DNA from: Spirochaetota bacterium
GTDB taxonomy: Bacteria; Spirochaetota; UBA4802; JAGODF01
NCBI GenBank assembly: GCA_029974015.1
Contig: JARKUF010000014.1
Location: 217 to 64,216, forward strand
Reading direction: 5' to 3'
DNA: 64,000 nucleotides
Shown here: piece after piece, positions 44,871-55,265 of the stretch
Position numbering within the stretch: the stretch's first letter is position 1
How the letters are laid out: each line of letters opens with the position of its first letter
Notes under the pieces: generated by a model
Seen by the model: only the letters and a program-made list of their open reading frames with translations
Told to the model about the DNA's origin: nothing
Database searches by the model: none
Program-made: the position numbers and the translations under genes

Positions 44871-46427
44871 ATGAGTCCCCCTTCTCTCTTTCGATCTACG
44901 GGTATCGTCGCATTATCGACGCTGCTGAGCCGGGTACTCGGTTTTGTGAGGGACATGCTCACCGCTAAATATTTCGGCGCCACCGGGTCCCTTGACGCTT
45001 TTTTTGTCGCCTTTCGGATCCCCAATCTCTTTCGTCGCCTCACCGCCGAAGGAGCGCTTTCCGCGAGCTTTATTCCGGTATATACCGAATACCTTATAAA
45101 TCGGGGCGATGCGGAAGCCTTGAAGCTCGCCCAGAAGGCCCTTTCAATTCTGGTCCTTTTTCTAACAGGGCTAATTCTCCTGGGAATAGTCTTCTCCCCG
45201 GAAATTGTTAAGGTCATTGCATTCGGATTTACTGACCCGGGAAAGATCGAGCTTACCGTATTTCTCAACCGAATCATGTTCCCGTATCTCTTCTTCGTTA
45301 GCCTCGTAGCCTTCGCCATGGGAGTGCTCAATTCCCACGATTATTTCTTTGCTCCCGCTTTTTCTCCGGTCCTCCTCAACATGGGCATCATCGCCGGAAT
45401 AATTTTAATCAGCTCATTCTTCCATGAGCCTCTTTATGGGATGGCAATCGGGGTCATCGCCGGAGGGGTTCTTCAACTCCTTTTGCAGGTCCCGTACCTC
45501 ATAAAAAGCGGATTCAAGTTGAAAATATCCATCGACTTGCGGCATCCCGGCATCAGGAAAATCGGGGCCCTCATGGCCCCGCTCCTCCTGGGGACGGCCA
45601 TATACCAGATAAACACCTTCATGACCACGGTCCTGGCGTCATTCCTTCCCGACGGGAGCATTTCCTATCTTTACTATTCAGACCGTCTCAACGAAATGGT
45701 CCTGGGTGTTTTTATAGTGTCGATCGGGAATGTCATTCTCCCTGCCATGTCGAAGGTTTCGGCCGTGAACGACATGTCGCGGCTTCGGGACCTTTATGGA
45801 GGCTCGATGGGGGCGGCGCTTTTCCTCGCAATACCCGCCGCAACGGCTCTTATGACTGCAGGCGTCCCCATCGTCTCTGTCCTCTTTATGAGGGACCGAT
45901 TCACCCCCTTCCATGCCGTAATGACCGAGAAGGCGCTTTTCTATGCCAGCATGGGTATCGTATCAATAGCGATACTCCGCATTACCATGCCGGCCTTCTA
46001 TTCTCTGAAAGACACGAGAACACCGGTCATAACATCTGCCGTTTCATTTATTCTGAATATTTCCCTTGGACTGGTCCTCATGCGCACAGGTCTGAAGCAT
46101 GCGGGACTTTCCCTTGCCAACACGATCGCCGTGACGGTCCAGGTGGTGTTGCTTTTGATGGTGTTGAGAAAAAAGATCGGAGGGCTAGACCTTGGAGGAG
46201 TTCTCGTTTCTTCCCTGAAGATTTGCGCGGCCTCCCTCTTCATGGGTTGGGTCCTCTACGGCCTCTCCCTTCAGGTCGACTGGCTTCATGACGGTATTGC
46301 CCGACGGGTGATATTGCTGGGTATTATGATTGGAGTTGGAGGAGGTGCCTATTTTGCCGCCTGCGCCCTCCTCGGTGTCCCGGAAATAGCCTTTATAGCG
46401 AACAAATTACGCTCACTGAAACGGTGA
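44871..46427 (+). CDS. murJ: Lipid II flippase MurJ (MviN)
   Basis: 518 aa, polytopic. N-terminal RVLGFVRDMLTAKYFGATGSLDAFFVAFRIPNLFRRL is a conserved MurJ signature. Confidence 0.9.
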   Translation: MSPPSLFRSTGIVALSTLLSRVLGFVRDMLTAKYFGATGSLDAFFVAFRIPNLFRRLTAEGALSASFIPVYTEYLINRGDAEALKLAQKALSILVLFLTGLILLGIVFSPEIVKVIAFGFTDPGKIELTVFLNRIMFPYLFFVSLVAFAMGVLNSHDYFFAPAFSPVLLNMGIIAGIILISSFFHEPLYGMAIGVIAGGVLQLLLQVPYLIKSGFKLKISIDLRHPGIRKIGALMAPLLLGTAIYQINTFMTTVLASFLPDGSISYLYYSDRLNEMVLGVFIVSIGNVILPAMSKVSAVNDMSRLRDLYGGSMGAALFLAIPAATALMTAGVPIVSVLFMRDRFTPFHAVMTEKALFYASMGIVSIAILRITMPAFYSLKDTRTPVITSAVSFILNISLGLVLMRTGLKHAGLSLANTIAVTVQVVLLLMVLRKKIGGLDLGGVLVSSLKICAASLFMGWVLYGLSLQVDWLHDGIARRVILLGIMIGVGGGAYFAACALLGVPEIAFIANKLRSLKR

Positions 46428-46573
46428 AGAACCGAGCCACTGAAATTTTGTTGACTAAAATGGGTATTACTTCCTTAATTGTCCATTAAAAAAAGCATGC
46501 GGAAACATAATGATATCGACACATTTTCATCTGCCTGCACATCGTATTTAATGAATCCTGACAGGAGCATATA

Positions 46574-46852
46574 ATGGCAAAAGAAAAGATATTCTGCGCG
46601 AACTGCCTTAACTGCATCGTCATTAGGCAGTACGAATCGGAACCGGACAGATACGTCCTCAGAGTGAAATGCTTGAAAAAGAAATGGGTAAAGAGGTCCG
46701 GCGAAGAAAAGCTATACAAGTATTTTACAGTGGCGCGCAGGATCATGGACGATTGCGAGGATTTCATCGAAGGAGGAGAACTCTTCCCCTATATCAAGAA
46801 TCTTCGAAAGGAACTTCCAATTAAGGACGAGATATACTCAATCAAGGGTTGA
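46574..46852 (+). CDS. Small Cys-containing hypothetical protein upstream of rnfC
   Basis: 92 aa (CANCLNC...C...C). RBS AGGAG 6 nt upstream of the ATG. Ends 4 nt before rnfC. Confidence 0.45.
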   Translation: MAKEKIFCANCLNCIVIRQYESEPDRYVLRVKCLKKKWVKRSGEEKLYKYFTVARRIMDDCEDFIEGGELFPYIKNLRKELPIKDEIYSIKG

Positions 46853-46856
46853 GGAT

Positions 46857-48176
46857 ATGTTCCGCGGCTTCAAAGGAGGGATACACCCTCCGGAGAACAA
46901 GCATTTCTCCGGAGGAAAAAGTTTTTCCAACCTTTCGGTGCCCCATTCTTGCTTTATCCCGTTACAACAGCACATAGGCAAGCCGGCTAAACCTGTCGTC
47001 GAACCGGGACAGTCTGTAGAGGAAGGCCAGTTGATCGGATCTTCCGACGGCTTTATTAGCGCCAATGTCCATTCGTCAATCCCTGGAAAAGTAGTCGAGA
47101 TACGAGAACATCCCACGGTATATACCCCCTTCGGCCAGTGCGTAGTGATCGAAACCGGAGGGGCATTCGCGTCCAACGTCACCCGGGAGCCTGACAACAC
47201 CTGGGCCGAACTACCCGGAGAGGAACTCCTCGGCCGCATTCGTGAATGCGGCATAGTTGGGCTGGGAGGCGCCGCATTTCCCACGATGGTGAAACTCTCT
47301 CCTCCAAGAAACAAGGTAATAGACACGCTCCTCATCAACGGCTCGGAATGCGAACCCTACCTCACTGTAGACGACATGCTCTTGAGGACCTACCCCGCAG
47401 AGATAATCGAGGGGACGAGGATAATTTTGAAAATTCTCGGCGTTAAAAGGGCCGTGATCGGCGTAGAAAAAAACAAACCAGACGCTGTCAGGGCGCTCAA
47501 ACAAGCCATCTCCGCGTCCAGGTTCAGGGAAAAAGTCGAAATATGGACGTTAAAAACAAAATATCCCCAGGGTGCGGAAAAGCAGCTCATCAAAGCCGTA
47601 CTGAACCGGGAAGTGCCTTCAGGGGGACTTCCCATGGACGCCGCGGTAGTTGTTCAAAACGTGGGCACCGTATTCGCCATTCGGGAAGCGGTCTTATTTA
47701 AAAAATCACTCTTCGAAAGATACATAACTGTTACCGGAGCCATCGTGAATAATCCCGGTAATTACAAGGTCAGGATCGGCACCCGAATTTCCGATATTCT
47801 CCGGGAGATTGGCGGTCTTACCGAGGAACCCGCAAAGATTATAATGGGGGGACCCATGTGCGGCATCAGCCTCAATTCGCTTGAAGTCCCGGTAGTCAAG
47901 GGGACCTCGGGGGTGCTTTTTCTCGGGAAAAACGAGGTGGATGTCGTAGACTACAGGCCCTGCATCCGCTGCGGCCGCTGCGTTACCGTGTGCCCCTCTG
48001 GACTCCTCCCCTGCGATCTTTGCAATGCCGTAGAAAAAAACCAATTGCAAATTGCGGAAGGGCTTAGCCCCTTCGATTGCATAATGTGCGGTTCATGCAC
48101 ATACGTATGTCCCTCCAGAAGACCAATCAGCCACTTCATAAAGGTGGGACAGCAGAGGCTGCGAAAATTGAAATAA
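46857..48176 (+). CDS. rnfC: Rnf electron transport complex subunit C
   Basis: 439 aa. NADH-binding RnfC-N region and two 4Fe-4S motifs CIRCGRCVTVCP and CIMCGSCTYVCP. Confidence 0.9.
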   Translation: MFRGFKGGIHPPENKHFSGGKSFSNLSVPHSCFIPLQQHIGKPAKPVVEPGQSVEEGQLIGSSDGFISANVHSSIPGKVVEIREHPTVYTPFGQCVVIETGGAFASNVTREPDNTWAELPGEELLGRIRECGIVGLGGAAFPTMVKLSPPRNKVIDTLLINGSECEPYLTVDDMLLRTYPAEIIEGTRIILKILGVKRAVIGVEKNKPDAVRALKQAISASRFREKVEIWTLKTKYPQGAEKQLIKAVLNREVPSGGLPMDAAVVVQNVGTVFAIREAVLFKKSLFERYITVTGAIVNNPGNYKVRIGTRISDILREIGGLTEEPAKIIMGGPMCGISLNSLEVPVVKGTSGVLFLGKNEVDVVDYRPCIRCGRCVTVCPSGLLPCDLCNAVEKNQLQIAEGLSPFDCIMCGSCTYVCPSRRPISHFIKVGQQRLRKLK

Positions 48177-48230
48177 GGGAACCTCAAAAATTTCATTGCA
48201 TACAGGTCAGCAACCTTGGAAAATTAAACT
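48177..48230. repeat. Repeat fragment (copy R12) directly after the rnfC stop codon
   Basis: taa|gggaacctcaaaaatttcattgcatacaggtcagcaaccttgg. Shares gggaacctc(t)aaaaattt with R4 and R10. Confidence 0.5.
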
Positions 48231-48243
48231 GCCCGGATATCGT

Positions 48244-49389
48244 ATGGATTTAGAAAAAAATGAACAGGAGAAAAAGGAAAGTAAAGCGCCAAAGATAGAA
48301 CTGGTGCTTTCAAATCCCCCCCACATAAGGGCCCCACAGAGTGTCACTTCTATCATGTGGCTTGTGGTCGTATCGCTCCTGCCGGCCCTGGCATTTTCGG
48401 TATATCTTTTTGGAGCGAAGGCGCTGTACCTCATTGCCGTATCGACAGGGACCGCCATGGTTGCGGAAACACTGTACCAACTGGCCATGAGAAAAAAGGC
48501 CACACCATTTGACGGCTCCGCCGTCATCACTGGCATTCTTTTGGCCATGAATGTTCCTCCCGACGCTCCGTTGTGGATGGTCGGGATAGGGTCCGCCTTT
48601 GCCATCATCATCGCCAAACAGCTCTTTGGCGGCCTCGGGTTTAATATTTTCAATCCCGCCCTGGCGGGACGCGCCTTTCTCCTTGCGTCATGGCCGGTTT
48701 ATATGGCGACGGCATGGCACAGGTTCACAGATACAAATATCCTTTCCAGGGGAATCCAAAACTGCTCAAACATACCGCCTGGGGCATTCGACGCAATTAC
48801 CGGCGCAACGCCCCTTGCCGTCCTGAAGGGGGCAAGTAAATACATTAACGAAATGAATGTCCAGGCCGACGCTTTCTACACCACTCTCCTGTCGAACCAG
48901 ATGCTAAAGTCTCTCGCCCTGGGAGATATAGGCGGATGTCTCGGTGAAACCTCCGCCCTTTTCCTCCTGGCCGGGGCGCTTTTGCTTTTGTATAAAAGAA
49001 TTATTACCTGGCATATCCCCGCCTCCTATATGGGTACCGTGGCGGTTTTTACGGCAATCTATTACTTTCTGAATCCGGTGCCGGGATCGGAGACAGTTGG
49101 ACACTTTATCCCAAGGATGGTCCTGTTCCATCTCCTCTCCGGCGGACTTGTATTAGGGGCCTTCTACATGGCCACGGATATGGTGACCACGCCGGTGACG
49201 CGGAAGGGAATGATACTTTTCGGCGTCGGCTGCGGCATTATAACATGCCTAATTAGACTCTGGGGCGGATATCCGGAAGGTGTTTCCTATTCGATACTCC
49301 TCATGAACGCGACGGTCCCACTTATAGATAAACTTTTTAAGCCGAGAGTTTACGGTACTTTCAGAAAACATACATCCCATGAAGAATAA
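48244..49389 (+). CDS. rnfD: Rnf complex subunit D
   Basis: Polytopic. VLSNPPHIRAPQSVTSIMWLVVVSLLPAL matches the RnfD N-terminus. FMN-attachment region TGATPL. Start chosen at the internal ATG 48244 (ORF extends to 48196). Confidence 0.85.
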   Translation: MDLEKNEQEKKESKAPKIELVLSNPPHIRAPQSVTSIMWLVVVSLLPALAFSVYLFGAKALYLIAVSTGTAMVAETLYQLAMRKKATPFDGSAVITGILLAMNVPPDAPLWMVGIGSAFAIIIAKQLFGGLGFNIFNPALAGRAFLLASWPVYMATAWHRFTDTNILSRGIQNCSNIPPGAFDAITGATPLAVLKGASKYINEMNVQADAFYTTLLSNQMLKSLALGDIGGCLGETSALFLLAGALLLLYKRIITWHIPASYMGTVAVFTAIYYFLNPVPGSETVGHFIPRMVLFHLLSGGLVLGAFYMATDMVTTPVTRKGMILFGVGCGIITCLIRLWGGYPEGVSYSILLMNATVPLIDKLFKPRVYGTFRKHTSHEE

Positions 49390-49427
49390 CCATCAGATAG
49401 ATTGACTCCGATGCACAGGTTAGAGCA

Positions 49428-50159
49428 ATGTACCGAATTTTCATAAAACCGACCCTTATTCTCGCGGCCATCGCCTTTGCCGCTTCCTTCGCCCTTTCAC
49501 ATGTCAACAAAATCACCAGGGGAAAGATAGAAGAACGGGCACGACAGCAAAAGGAAGATGCCCTGAAGGCCGTCCTTCCTCCTTACCTGGGCTATACCAT
49601 CGTTGAGAAAAACAGAAAGGCAACAGTGGAAGGTATAGAATTCTTCTATTCCATCGCACAAAAGAACGAAGGTGAAAAAATATTAAAGGCCTATGTGTTT
49701 GAGTGCGAAAATCCCGGTTACAGCGGCATTGTGCGTTCAATAGTCGCCGTGGATGAAAAATTGACGCTACTGGGCATGTCGGTTATCCAACAGGCGGAAA
49801 CTCCTGGACTCGGGGCCCGGTCGAAAGAGATGGCAAGCAATAAAACTTTTTTTGAGGTTTTTTTCGGCTTGTCGCGAAAAGCGGCTTCCGACAAAGAAGC
49901 GGTTTCGCAATCGTGGTTCGAAGCCCAGTTTACCGGTCTTGATGCGGGAAAGAAAATTGGCATTATTAAAAAGGGAGAATGGAGCGCGGAAAACGCCGCC
50001 CTTCGACAGGAACTCATTGACCACAACGCCGTCTCGGCAATTACCGGCGCCACCATAACTACAAAAGCAGTAATCCTCAGCATCGAAAAGGGCATCGCTG
50101 CGCTAAAGCATGTCCTGGAACAGGAAAATAATGCTCCCGGGGAGGCCGCGTCTCCATGA
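49428..50159 (+). CDS. rnfG: Rnf complex subunit G (FMN-binding)
   Basis: 243 aa. N-terminal TM and FMN-binding motif SAITGATITTKAV. Confidence 0.85.
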   Translation: MYRIFIKPTLILAAIAFAASFALSHVNKITRGKIEERARQQKEDALKAVLPPYLGYTIVEKNRKATVEGIEFFYSIAQKNEGEKILKAYVFECENPGYSGIVRSIVAVDEKLTLLGMSVIQQAETPGLGARSKEMASNKTFFEVFFGLSRKAASDKEAVSQSWFEAQFTGLDAGKKIGIIKKGEWSAENAALRQELIDHNAVSAITGATITTKAVILSIEKGIAALKHVLEQENNAPGEAASP

Positions 50160-50749
50160 AATACTGGCAGCTTATTACCGACGGCATCTGGCACAGAAAC
50201 CCTACTCTCGTCATCGGAATCGGCATGTGCCCCACTCTAGCGGTCACCACTTCTATCTCCAACGCCCTCTGGATGACCCTTGCGGCCACCTTCGTCCTGG
50301 TGTGCTCAAACGCCCTCGTATCGGCGGTGAAGAATATCGTCCCCGACCATATTCGCATCCCTATTTTTATAACCATAATAGCATCTTTTGTCATCATCGT
50401 CGAGTTGACCTTGAAGGCTTTCCAACCTGAAGTCGACAAGGCCCTGGGGATATTCATCCCGCTCATAGTCGTCAACTGCATCATTCTCGGACGGGCCGAG
50501 GAATTCGCACAGAAGAACGACGTAATAAGTTCGGTTTTCGACGGTATCGGTATGGGCATGGGAATAGGGTTTGCCCTCGGCCTTCTGGCTTTCTTCCGAG
50601 AGATATTAGGGGCGAACAAACTCATGGGGTACACCTTCATACCCGGAATGGAACCCTCCCTGGTCATGATAATGGCCCCCGGCGCGTTTTTCACCCTGGC
50701 CTTTATCCTTTGGGGCATGAACGTTATAAAATCGAAGTCAAAAAAGTAG
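50156..50749 (+). CDS. rnfE: Rnf complex subunit E
   Basis: 197 aa polytopic. NPTLVIGIGMCPTLAVTTS is the RnfE/RnfA family signature. ATGA overlap with rnfG. Confidence 0.85.
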   Translation: MKYWQLITDGIWHRNPTLVIGIGMCPTLAVTTSISNALWMTLAATFVLVCSNALVSAVKNIVPDHIRIPIFITIIASFVIIVELTLKAFQPEVDKALGIFIPLIVVNCIILGRAEEFAQKNDVISSVFDGIGMGMGIGFALGLLAFFREILGANKLMGYTFIPGMEPSLVMIMAPGAFFTLAFILWGMNVIKSKSKK

Positions 50750-50757
50750 GGGCAAAA

Positions 50758-51357
50758 ATGGAACTCAAGATTTTCCTGACAATCCTCTTCGCCACCATAT
50801 TCATCAATAACTATGTTCTGTCCCAGATACTCGGACTTTGCCCATTCCTCGGAGTATCCAAAAAACTCGATTCCGCCCTTGGAATGGGACTGGCGGTAAT
50901 TTTCGTCATGGGCATGGCCTCATTTTTTACCTTTTTCATTTACAAATACGTTCTCATCCCATACGGAATTACGTATCTTAGAACTCTGGCTTTCATCCTC
51001 ATCATTGCGGGACTCGTTCAGCTTGTTGAAATGATTATTGAAAAAGTATCGCCGTCCCTGTATCAGGCCCTGGGCATTTTTCTCCCCCTCATCACCACAA
51101 ACTGCGCCATCTTGGGCGTAACTGTCCTCAATATCGATTCGGGGTTCATTACTGCGGATTATGGGCTGCTGAAGTCAGTTGTCCAGGGGATCGGCGGTGG
51201 CATCGGGTTCACATTGGCGCTCCTTCTTATGGCAGGCATTCGCGAGAGGCTGGAACTGGCCGATATCCCGGAGAACCTCAAGGGTTTGCCGATCACCTTT
51301 ATCGTCGCCGGGCTTCTCGCCATCGCATTTCTCGGTTTCTCGGGCATGAGCTTTTAG
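50758..51357 (+). CDS. rnfA: Rnf complex subunit A
   Basis: Start at MELKIF (ATG 50758), 8 nt after the rnfE stop. Polytopic, RnfA-like (LGLCPFLGVSKKL). No rnfB follows. Confidence 0.85.
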   Translation: MELKIFLTILFATIFINNYVLSQILGLCPFLGVSKKLDSALGMGLAVIFVMGMASFFTFFIYKYVLIPYGITYLRTLAFILIIAGLVQLVEMIIEKVSPSLYQALGIFLPLITTNCAILGVTVLNIDSGFITADYGLLKSVVQGIGGGIGFTLALLLMAGIRERLELADIPENLKGLPITFIVAGLLAIAFLGFSGMSF

Positions 51358-51367
51358 GGCAGAACAA

Positions 51368-52150
51368 TCAGAGGACGATGCGCTGATAGAGGAGCACTAT
51401 CTCACGGCCGTAAAGCAGTGCCAGGATAAGGCCGATGGTTAGAAAAGGGCCGAAAGGTATTTTTATCCGAAGGCCTTTCTCGGTCGCCATAGCATAGACT
51501 ATACCGTACAACGCCCCCGCAACCAGTGAGGACTCCAGCACAACCAGTGAAAGTTCGAACCCTGAAAGAAGCCCCAATGCTGCCGCAAACTTGATATCGC
51601 CCCCGCCGAATCCTCCAGGAAATAAGAGGACAACTATAAGGAAAAACCCTCCGAGGACCAGCGCTCCACTAAAAGCGTTCCATGACGATTCGCCCGTCAA
51701 CCGCAGGTAGGCGGGATGGAGCGAAAGAAAGATTAGTACGCCGACGAGCTGTCCGGGAATGGTATATGTTTTCGCGTCGACGGTCGCAATTGCGATAGCG
51801 ATTCCAGAAGCGAGAAAATATTCGAGGGCAAGGAAGGCGCCTCCGTACCGGCACCAGAGCGCCAAGGCGAGAGCTCCATATAAGGCCTCCATTAGTGGAT
51901 ACAGCGGTGATATCCTTTTCCCACAAGAAGAACATTTGCCGAGGGTAAAGAAATATCCAAGGAAGGGAACCAGGTGGAAGGGGGATATCCGCACATCACA
52001 AAATGCGCAATGCGACGGCATGGTAAGGGTTCGGAGCGTTAATTTACCAACGATACTACGCAGGGCCAGGGTATAGCAGAAGCTTCCCCAGGAAGCTCCC
52101 GCCAGAAAGATTACCACTGTGAGGGCTATTGAGCATTGAAGGGAAAACAT
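51368..52150 (-). CDS. Prepilin peptidase (A24 family, PilD-like)
   Basis: 260 aa. Zn-binding CAFCDVRIS...CSSCGKRIS tetracysteine and catalytic-Asp region FGGGDIKFAAALG. Confidence 0.8.
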   Translation of the reverse strand: MFSLQCSIALTVVIFLAGASWGSFCYTLALRSIVGKLTLRTLTMPSHCAFCDVRISPFHLVPFLGYFFTLGKCSSCGKRISPLYPLMEALYGALALALWCRYGGAFLALEYFLASGIAIAIATVDAKTYTIPGQLVGVLIFLSLHPAYLRLTGESSWNAFSGALVLGGFFLIVVLLFPGGFGGGDIKFAAALGLLSGFELSLVVLESSLVAGALYGIVYAMATEKGLRIKIPFGPFLTIGLILALLYGREIVLLYQRIVL

Positions 52151-52154
52151 GCAC

Positions 52155-53618
52155 CTACTTGACCAGTTGGCATGTCACCGCATGGTTTCCGGTACCGGCG
52201 AGAGACTCTGCGTACTGTATGCCTCCGATTGAAATGCTTTCACCGGGAATCCCGAGATCGGCGAGGTGTTTCTTGATGGAGTAAAAGCGCATGCCCCAGG
52301 TATGGGTGTAGACTGTGTTTTCCGGAGTATCCGCAAGGCCGTTGAGTATAATACGGGTCCCACAGAAAAGCAGGGACAGGCGGCTGAACCTGTCAAGCGA
52401 CCTTGAACTATCCTGCCCAATTAAGTACTCGGCGGCCAAAAATTTTACCGTGACGGGAGAAGACAGTGTTTCAAAAGACATGGTTTCTTTGGATGAATGG
52501 CCTGCATCGAAACCGGGGGGGGATTTCTTCATAGCTTCGCTTAAGAGTACAAGGATGTCGGTATTTTTCAACGCTTCACAGGGAGGGATTAAAGCAGTCG
52601 AGACTCCCGCAAGTGAGCGGTGCATGTCAACCAAGTAATCAAATGAAATAGGTTCTGCACCGCCAATGTGGAAAAAAGAACAATTATCCCGATATCCCGT
52701 TAAGACTATACCTCGCAGCAATTCTTCCGATTGAGATATATCCATTGAAAAGCATTTGGAAAGCAGTGTAACAGTCCCGGCCTGGTCTTTTCTAACTTCC
52801 TCGAGTCCCCTGAACCATCCGGAGATAAAACGCGACAACCTATCCCTGTCCGTTAGGACTGTTTCCTCTCTGGAGAGGAAAATGATCGGAAGCAATTTGG
52901 GCGCCGCTGATGATGACGCCAATAGCGTAACATTGGCCGGCAGAGGGGTCCCGGCGGTTGAAAACGCTCCCAACTCGACCCTGCCATTTTCGAGGAGGGA
53001 GCGGGCATCAGAATCTGTAGACGTGTAGCGCCATATCAGGCCAGAAGCGTCCACTCCGGCGGCACGAAGAAGAAAAAGCAAAAGATGTTGGGAATTGCCG
53101 CCACGGACGCAGGCGACCGTGGCCCCCTTCAACTCATTCACGCTTTTCGCGGGACGACGGGAAAAGACCGCATCTTCACCCCTGGAATTTGCGATAATAA
53201 GCACAGCCGCGGGATTTATGCCCCTATGACGGCAGTAACGCCTGGTTAGGAAGGGGACAGTTGTCCAAACCAGGTCGGCACCGCCTTCTTCGCCGAGAAG
53301 GGAAAGGGCGCGTTCAGGGTCTTCTTCCACGAAAAATTCAACTTTGAGCTTCTGCTCCTTTTCATAAATACTGTCTATTCTATTTTTCAAACCGCCGTTA
53401 GCAACGAGGCCCGGAGCGAATGCGCCATCAGGAAATATTGCCACGCGAAACGCTGTATCGGCAGTCGGCAGTGGCCTGAAAGGTACTTCACGGGAAATGG
53501 CGGGACGGGCAATTCCTCCATTACACTGGAAGGCACCATAGAACGATAGGACCAGTATAAATGTTACAAGGGTTGCCGCAGTTGCGATGCTTCGCGTAAG
53601 CAGTTTAAATGAAAACAT
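52155..53618 (-). CDS. Hypothetical secreted protein with periplasmic substrate-binding-like (NMT1/PhnD-type) region
   Basis: 487 aa with an N-terminal TM/signal segment. Weak resemblance to ABC-type substrate-binding domains (KGATVACVRGGNSQHLLLFLLRAAGVD...LENGRVELGAFS). Same strand as, and 4 nt from, the prepilin peptidase gene. Confidence 0.4.
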   Translation of the reverse strand: MFSFKLLTRSIATAATLVTFILVLSFYGAFQCNGGIARPAISREVPFRPLPTADTAFRVAIFPDGAFAPGLVANGGLKNRIDSIYEKEQKLKVEFFVEEDPERALSLLGEEGGADLVWTTVPFLTRRYCRHRGINPAAVLIIANSRGEDAVFSRRPAKSVNELKGATVACVRGGNSQHLLLFLLRAAGVDASGLIWRYTSTDSDARSLLENGRVELGAFSTAGTPLPANVTLLASSSAAPKLLPIIFLSREETVLTDRDRLSRFISGWFRGLEEVRKDQAGTVTLLSKCFSMDISQSEELLRGIVLTGYRDNCSFFHIGGAEPISFDYLVDMHRSLAGVSTALIPPCEALKNTDILVLLSEAMKKSPPGFDAGHSSKETMSFETLSSPVTVKFLAAEYLIGQDSSRSLDRFSRLSLLFCGTRIILNGLADTPENTVYTHTWGMRFYSIKKHLADLGIPGESISIGGIQYAESLAGTGNHAVTCQLVK

Positions 53619-53661
53619 GGTGCGGAATAGCCTTTTGTATGGTAGAGTCTCCCTCTTTATT

Positions 53662-54468
53662 TCAGAACATGATGTAGTAATTCAAGCCGAAAATGAGGAA
53701 ATCGCCCCGGGAATCAAGCGTTCTCCTGGGGGAGGATGCGGCAGCATCGCCCGCGTCGATGCCGTCGTTGTCAACGGGGTGGGATTTCCCTTCCTGGTGG
53801 ATCCACTCTACGGACAGGGAGAACTTATCATGAACGGGGATCTCCGCTCCTATCATGAGATGATATCCAACAAAAGACGCGGAGTAACGGTCCCTCTTAT
53901 TGGAAGTGAGAGTCGGATCGGTAGTGTTAAAATTGAAAGCTGTTGCCGGGGCCGGAGGCGATTGAACAGGATTGCTCTGTGTTATTGAAACGCTTGATTG
54001 GTGGTATGTCGGGCCGGCGCCGATGAAAAACAATGTTCGAGAGCTCAATGGGACAAGCAGTCCAACTGTCGCCGGAAGCGCAGCCTGGTAGGTGGAAAAT
54101 TTAATTGTGTTTTTCTCTCCGCCCGCAGGAGTGACTGTGCCTTTCACGGTTTTAAATGGAGTGGTATAATGACATCCAATGCGGAAAAAGAAAAAATTGA
54201 GCTGGTAGCGGGCATTGAAACCGAAAACGGGCGAATATGGAATTGAAATTTGGCTCAATGAGGTATCGGCGTTGCCGGGATCGGCCTCTCTGTACATAAG
54301 CATCGCCATATTATAGCGCGAGGTTAAGTCTTCCAGATTGTTCGCATCGTAGGTGACACCGCCATTAAGGCCGATGGCGAATTCCCCGATGGCATACGCG
54401 GGCATCACGGCACACATGGTAATAATCGCAATTGCAAAAATGAGAAATGTGGTAATCATCGGTTTCAT
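53662..54468 (-). CDS. Outer-membrane beta-barrel protein (OMP_b-brl/OmpW-like), paralog 1
   Basis: Start trimmed to Met at 54468, which gives a signal peptide MKPMITTFLIFAIAIITMCAVMPAYA and removes the overlap with the upstream gene. Alternating amphipathic beta-strands; C-terminal ...GLNYYIMF. Confidence 0.6.
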   Translation of the reverse strand: MKPMITTFLIFAIAIITMCAVMPAYAIGEFAIGLNGGVTYDANNLEDLTSRYNMAMLMYREADPGNADTSLSQISIPYSPVFGFNARYQLNFFFFRIGCHYTTPFKTVKGTVTPAGGEKNTIKFSTYQAALPATVGLLVPLSSRTLFFIGAGPTYHQSSVSITQSNPVQSPPAPATAFNFNTTDPTLTSNKRDRYSASFVGYHLMIGAEIPVHDKFSLSVEWIHQEGKSHPVDNDGIDAGDAAASSPRRTLDSRGDFLIFGLNYYIMF

Positions 54469-54490
54469 GTCTGGAATAAAAACCTCATCT

Positions 54491-55252
54491 TCAGATGGAC
54501 CAAAAATAAAAAGAGACGCCGGCATTGTAGCGGTATCCCGTAAAATTGATCCGGGCATAGTCCGTGACTCCATCACTGGTGCTGCCGTCTTCAATGAATT
54601 TAGAGGAGCCCCTGTAATACACGAGCGATGAAGAAAGCGCCAAACGGTCCGTAATAAAATATTCTCCCTCGATAAGTATTACCAATGGCAATCCCCAGCC
54701 CGTGAAAGTTCCCTTGTGCTTCGTTGTGGAGTTTTCTATGAATCTGTTGGTGTATTTAGCGTAAGCATAAGCGAACCCGCAACTGAATACGATTTTTATG
54801 TCCTTCCAGAAGGGAATGGAAATACCAAAGGTCAGCGGCACATCGTACATGGTGAAACCGTATTTACATTCAAGAGTGGTGGGAGTAGCACCGAAGAGGG
54901 TTTCCCCTTCACCTCCCAATGTACTTTTAGTATAGTTTGCCCCAAGGCGAAATTGGTAATTATCCATCAAAAGGAGCTTGAACATGATGCCGCCGCCGAA
55001 TCCTATGAGGCGTTCAATCGCGCTGGTGCTGTAGCCGTCCTGCGCCCGATTCAGCCCATCGACACCGCTCTGTGTGCCATAGACATAGTACTGGTACGCC
55101 GATTGAAGATCATTGCCAAGGGAGGGAGCAAAACCGCCGTACATTCCCATTGCGCCGTTGACCGTCACCGCCATTAGGGCCGAAGGCATCACCATGAAGG
55201 CGATTAACGCGAGTATGTATATTCGTCTTCTCATCTTGTCTTGTCTTTTCAA
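54491..55252 (-). CDS. Outer-membrane beta-barrel protein, paralog 2
   Basis: 253 aa with signal peptide and beta-strand periodicity. C-terminal ...GVSFYFWSI. Confidence 0.6.
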   Translation of the reverse strand: MKRQDKMRRRIYILALIAFMVMPSALMAVTVNGAMGMYGGFAPSLGNDLQSAYQYYVYGTQSGVDGLNRAQDGYSTSAIERLIGFGGGIMFKLLLMDNYQFRLGANYTKSTLGGEGETLFGATPTTLECKYGFTMYDVPLTFGISIPFWKDIKIVFSCGFAYAYAKYTNRFIENSTTKHKGTFTGWGLPLVILIEGEYFITDRLALSSSLVYYRGSSKFIEDGSTSDGVTDYARINFTGYRYNAGVSFYFWSI

Positions 55253-55265
55253 TTAATGCCTGGGA

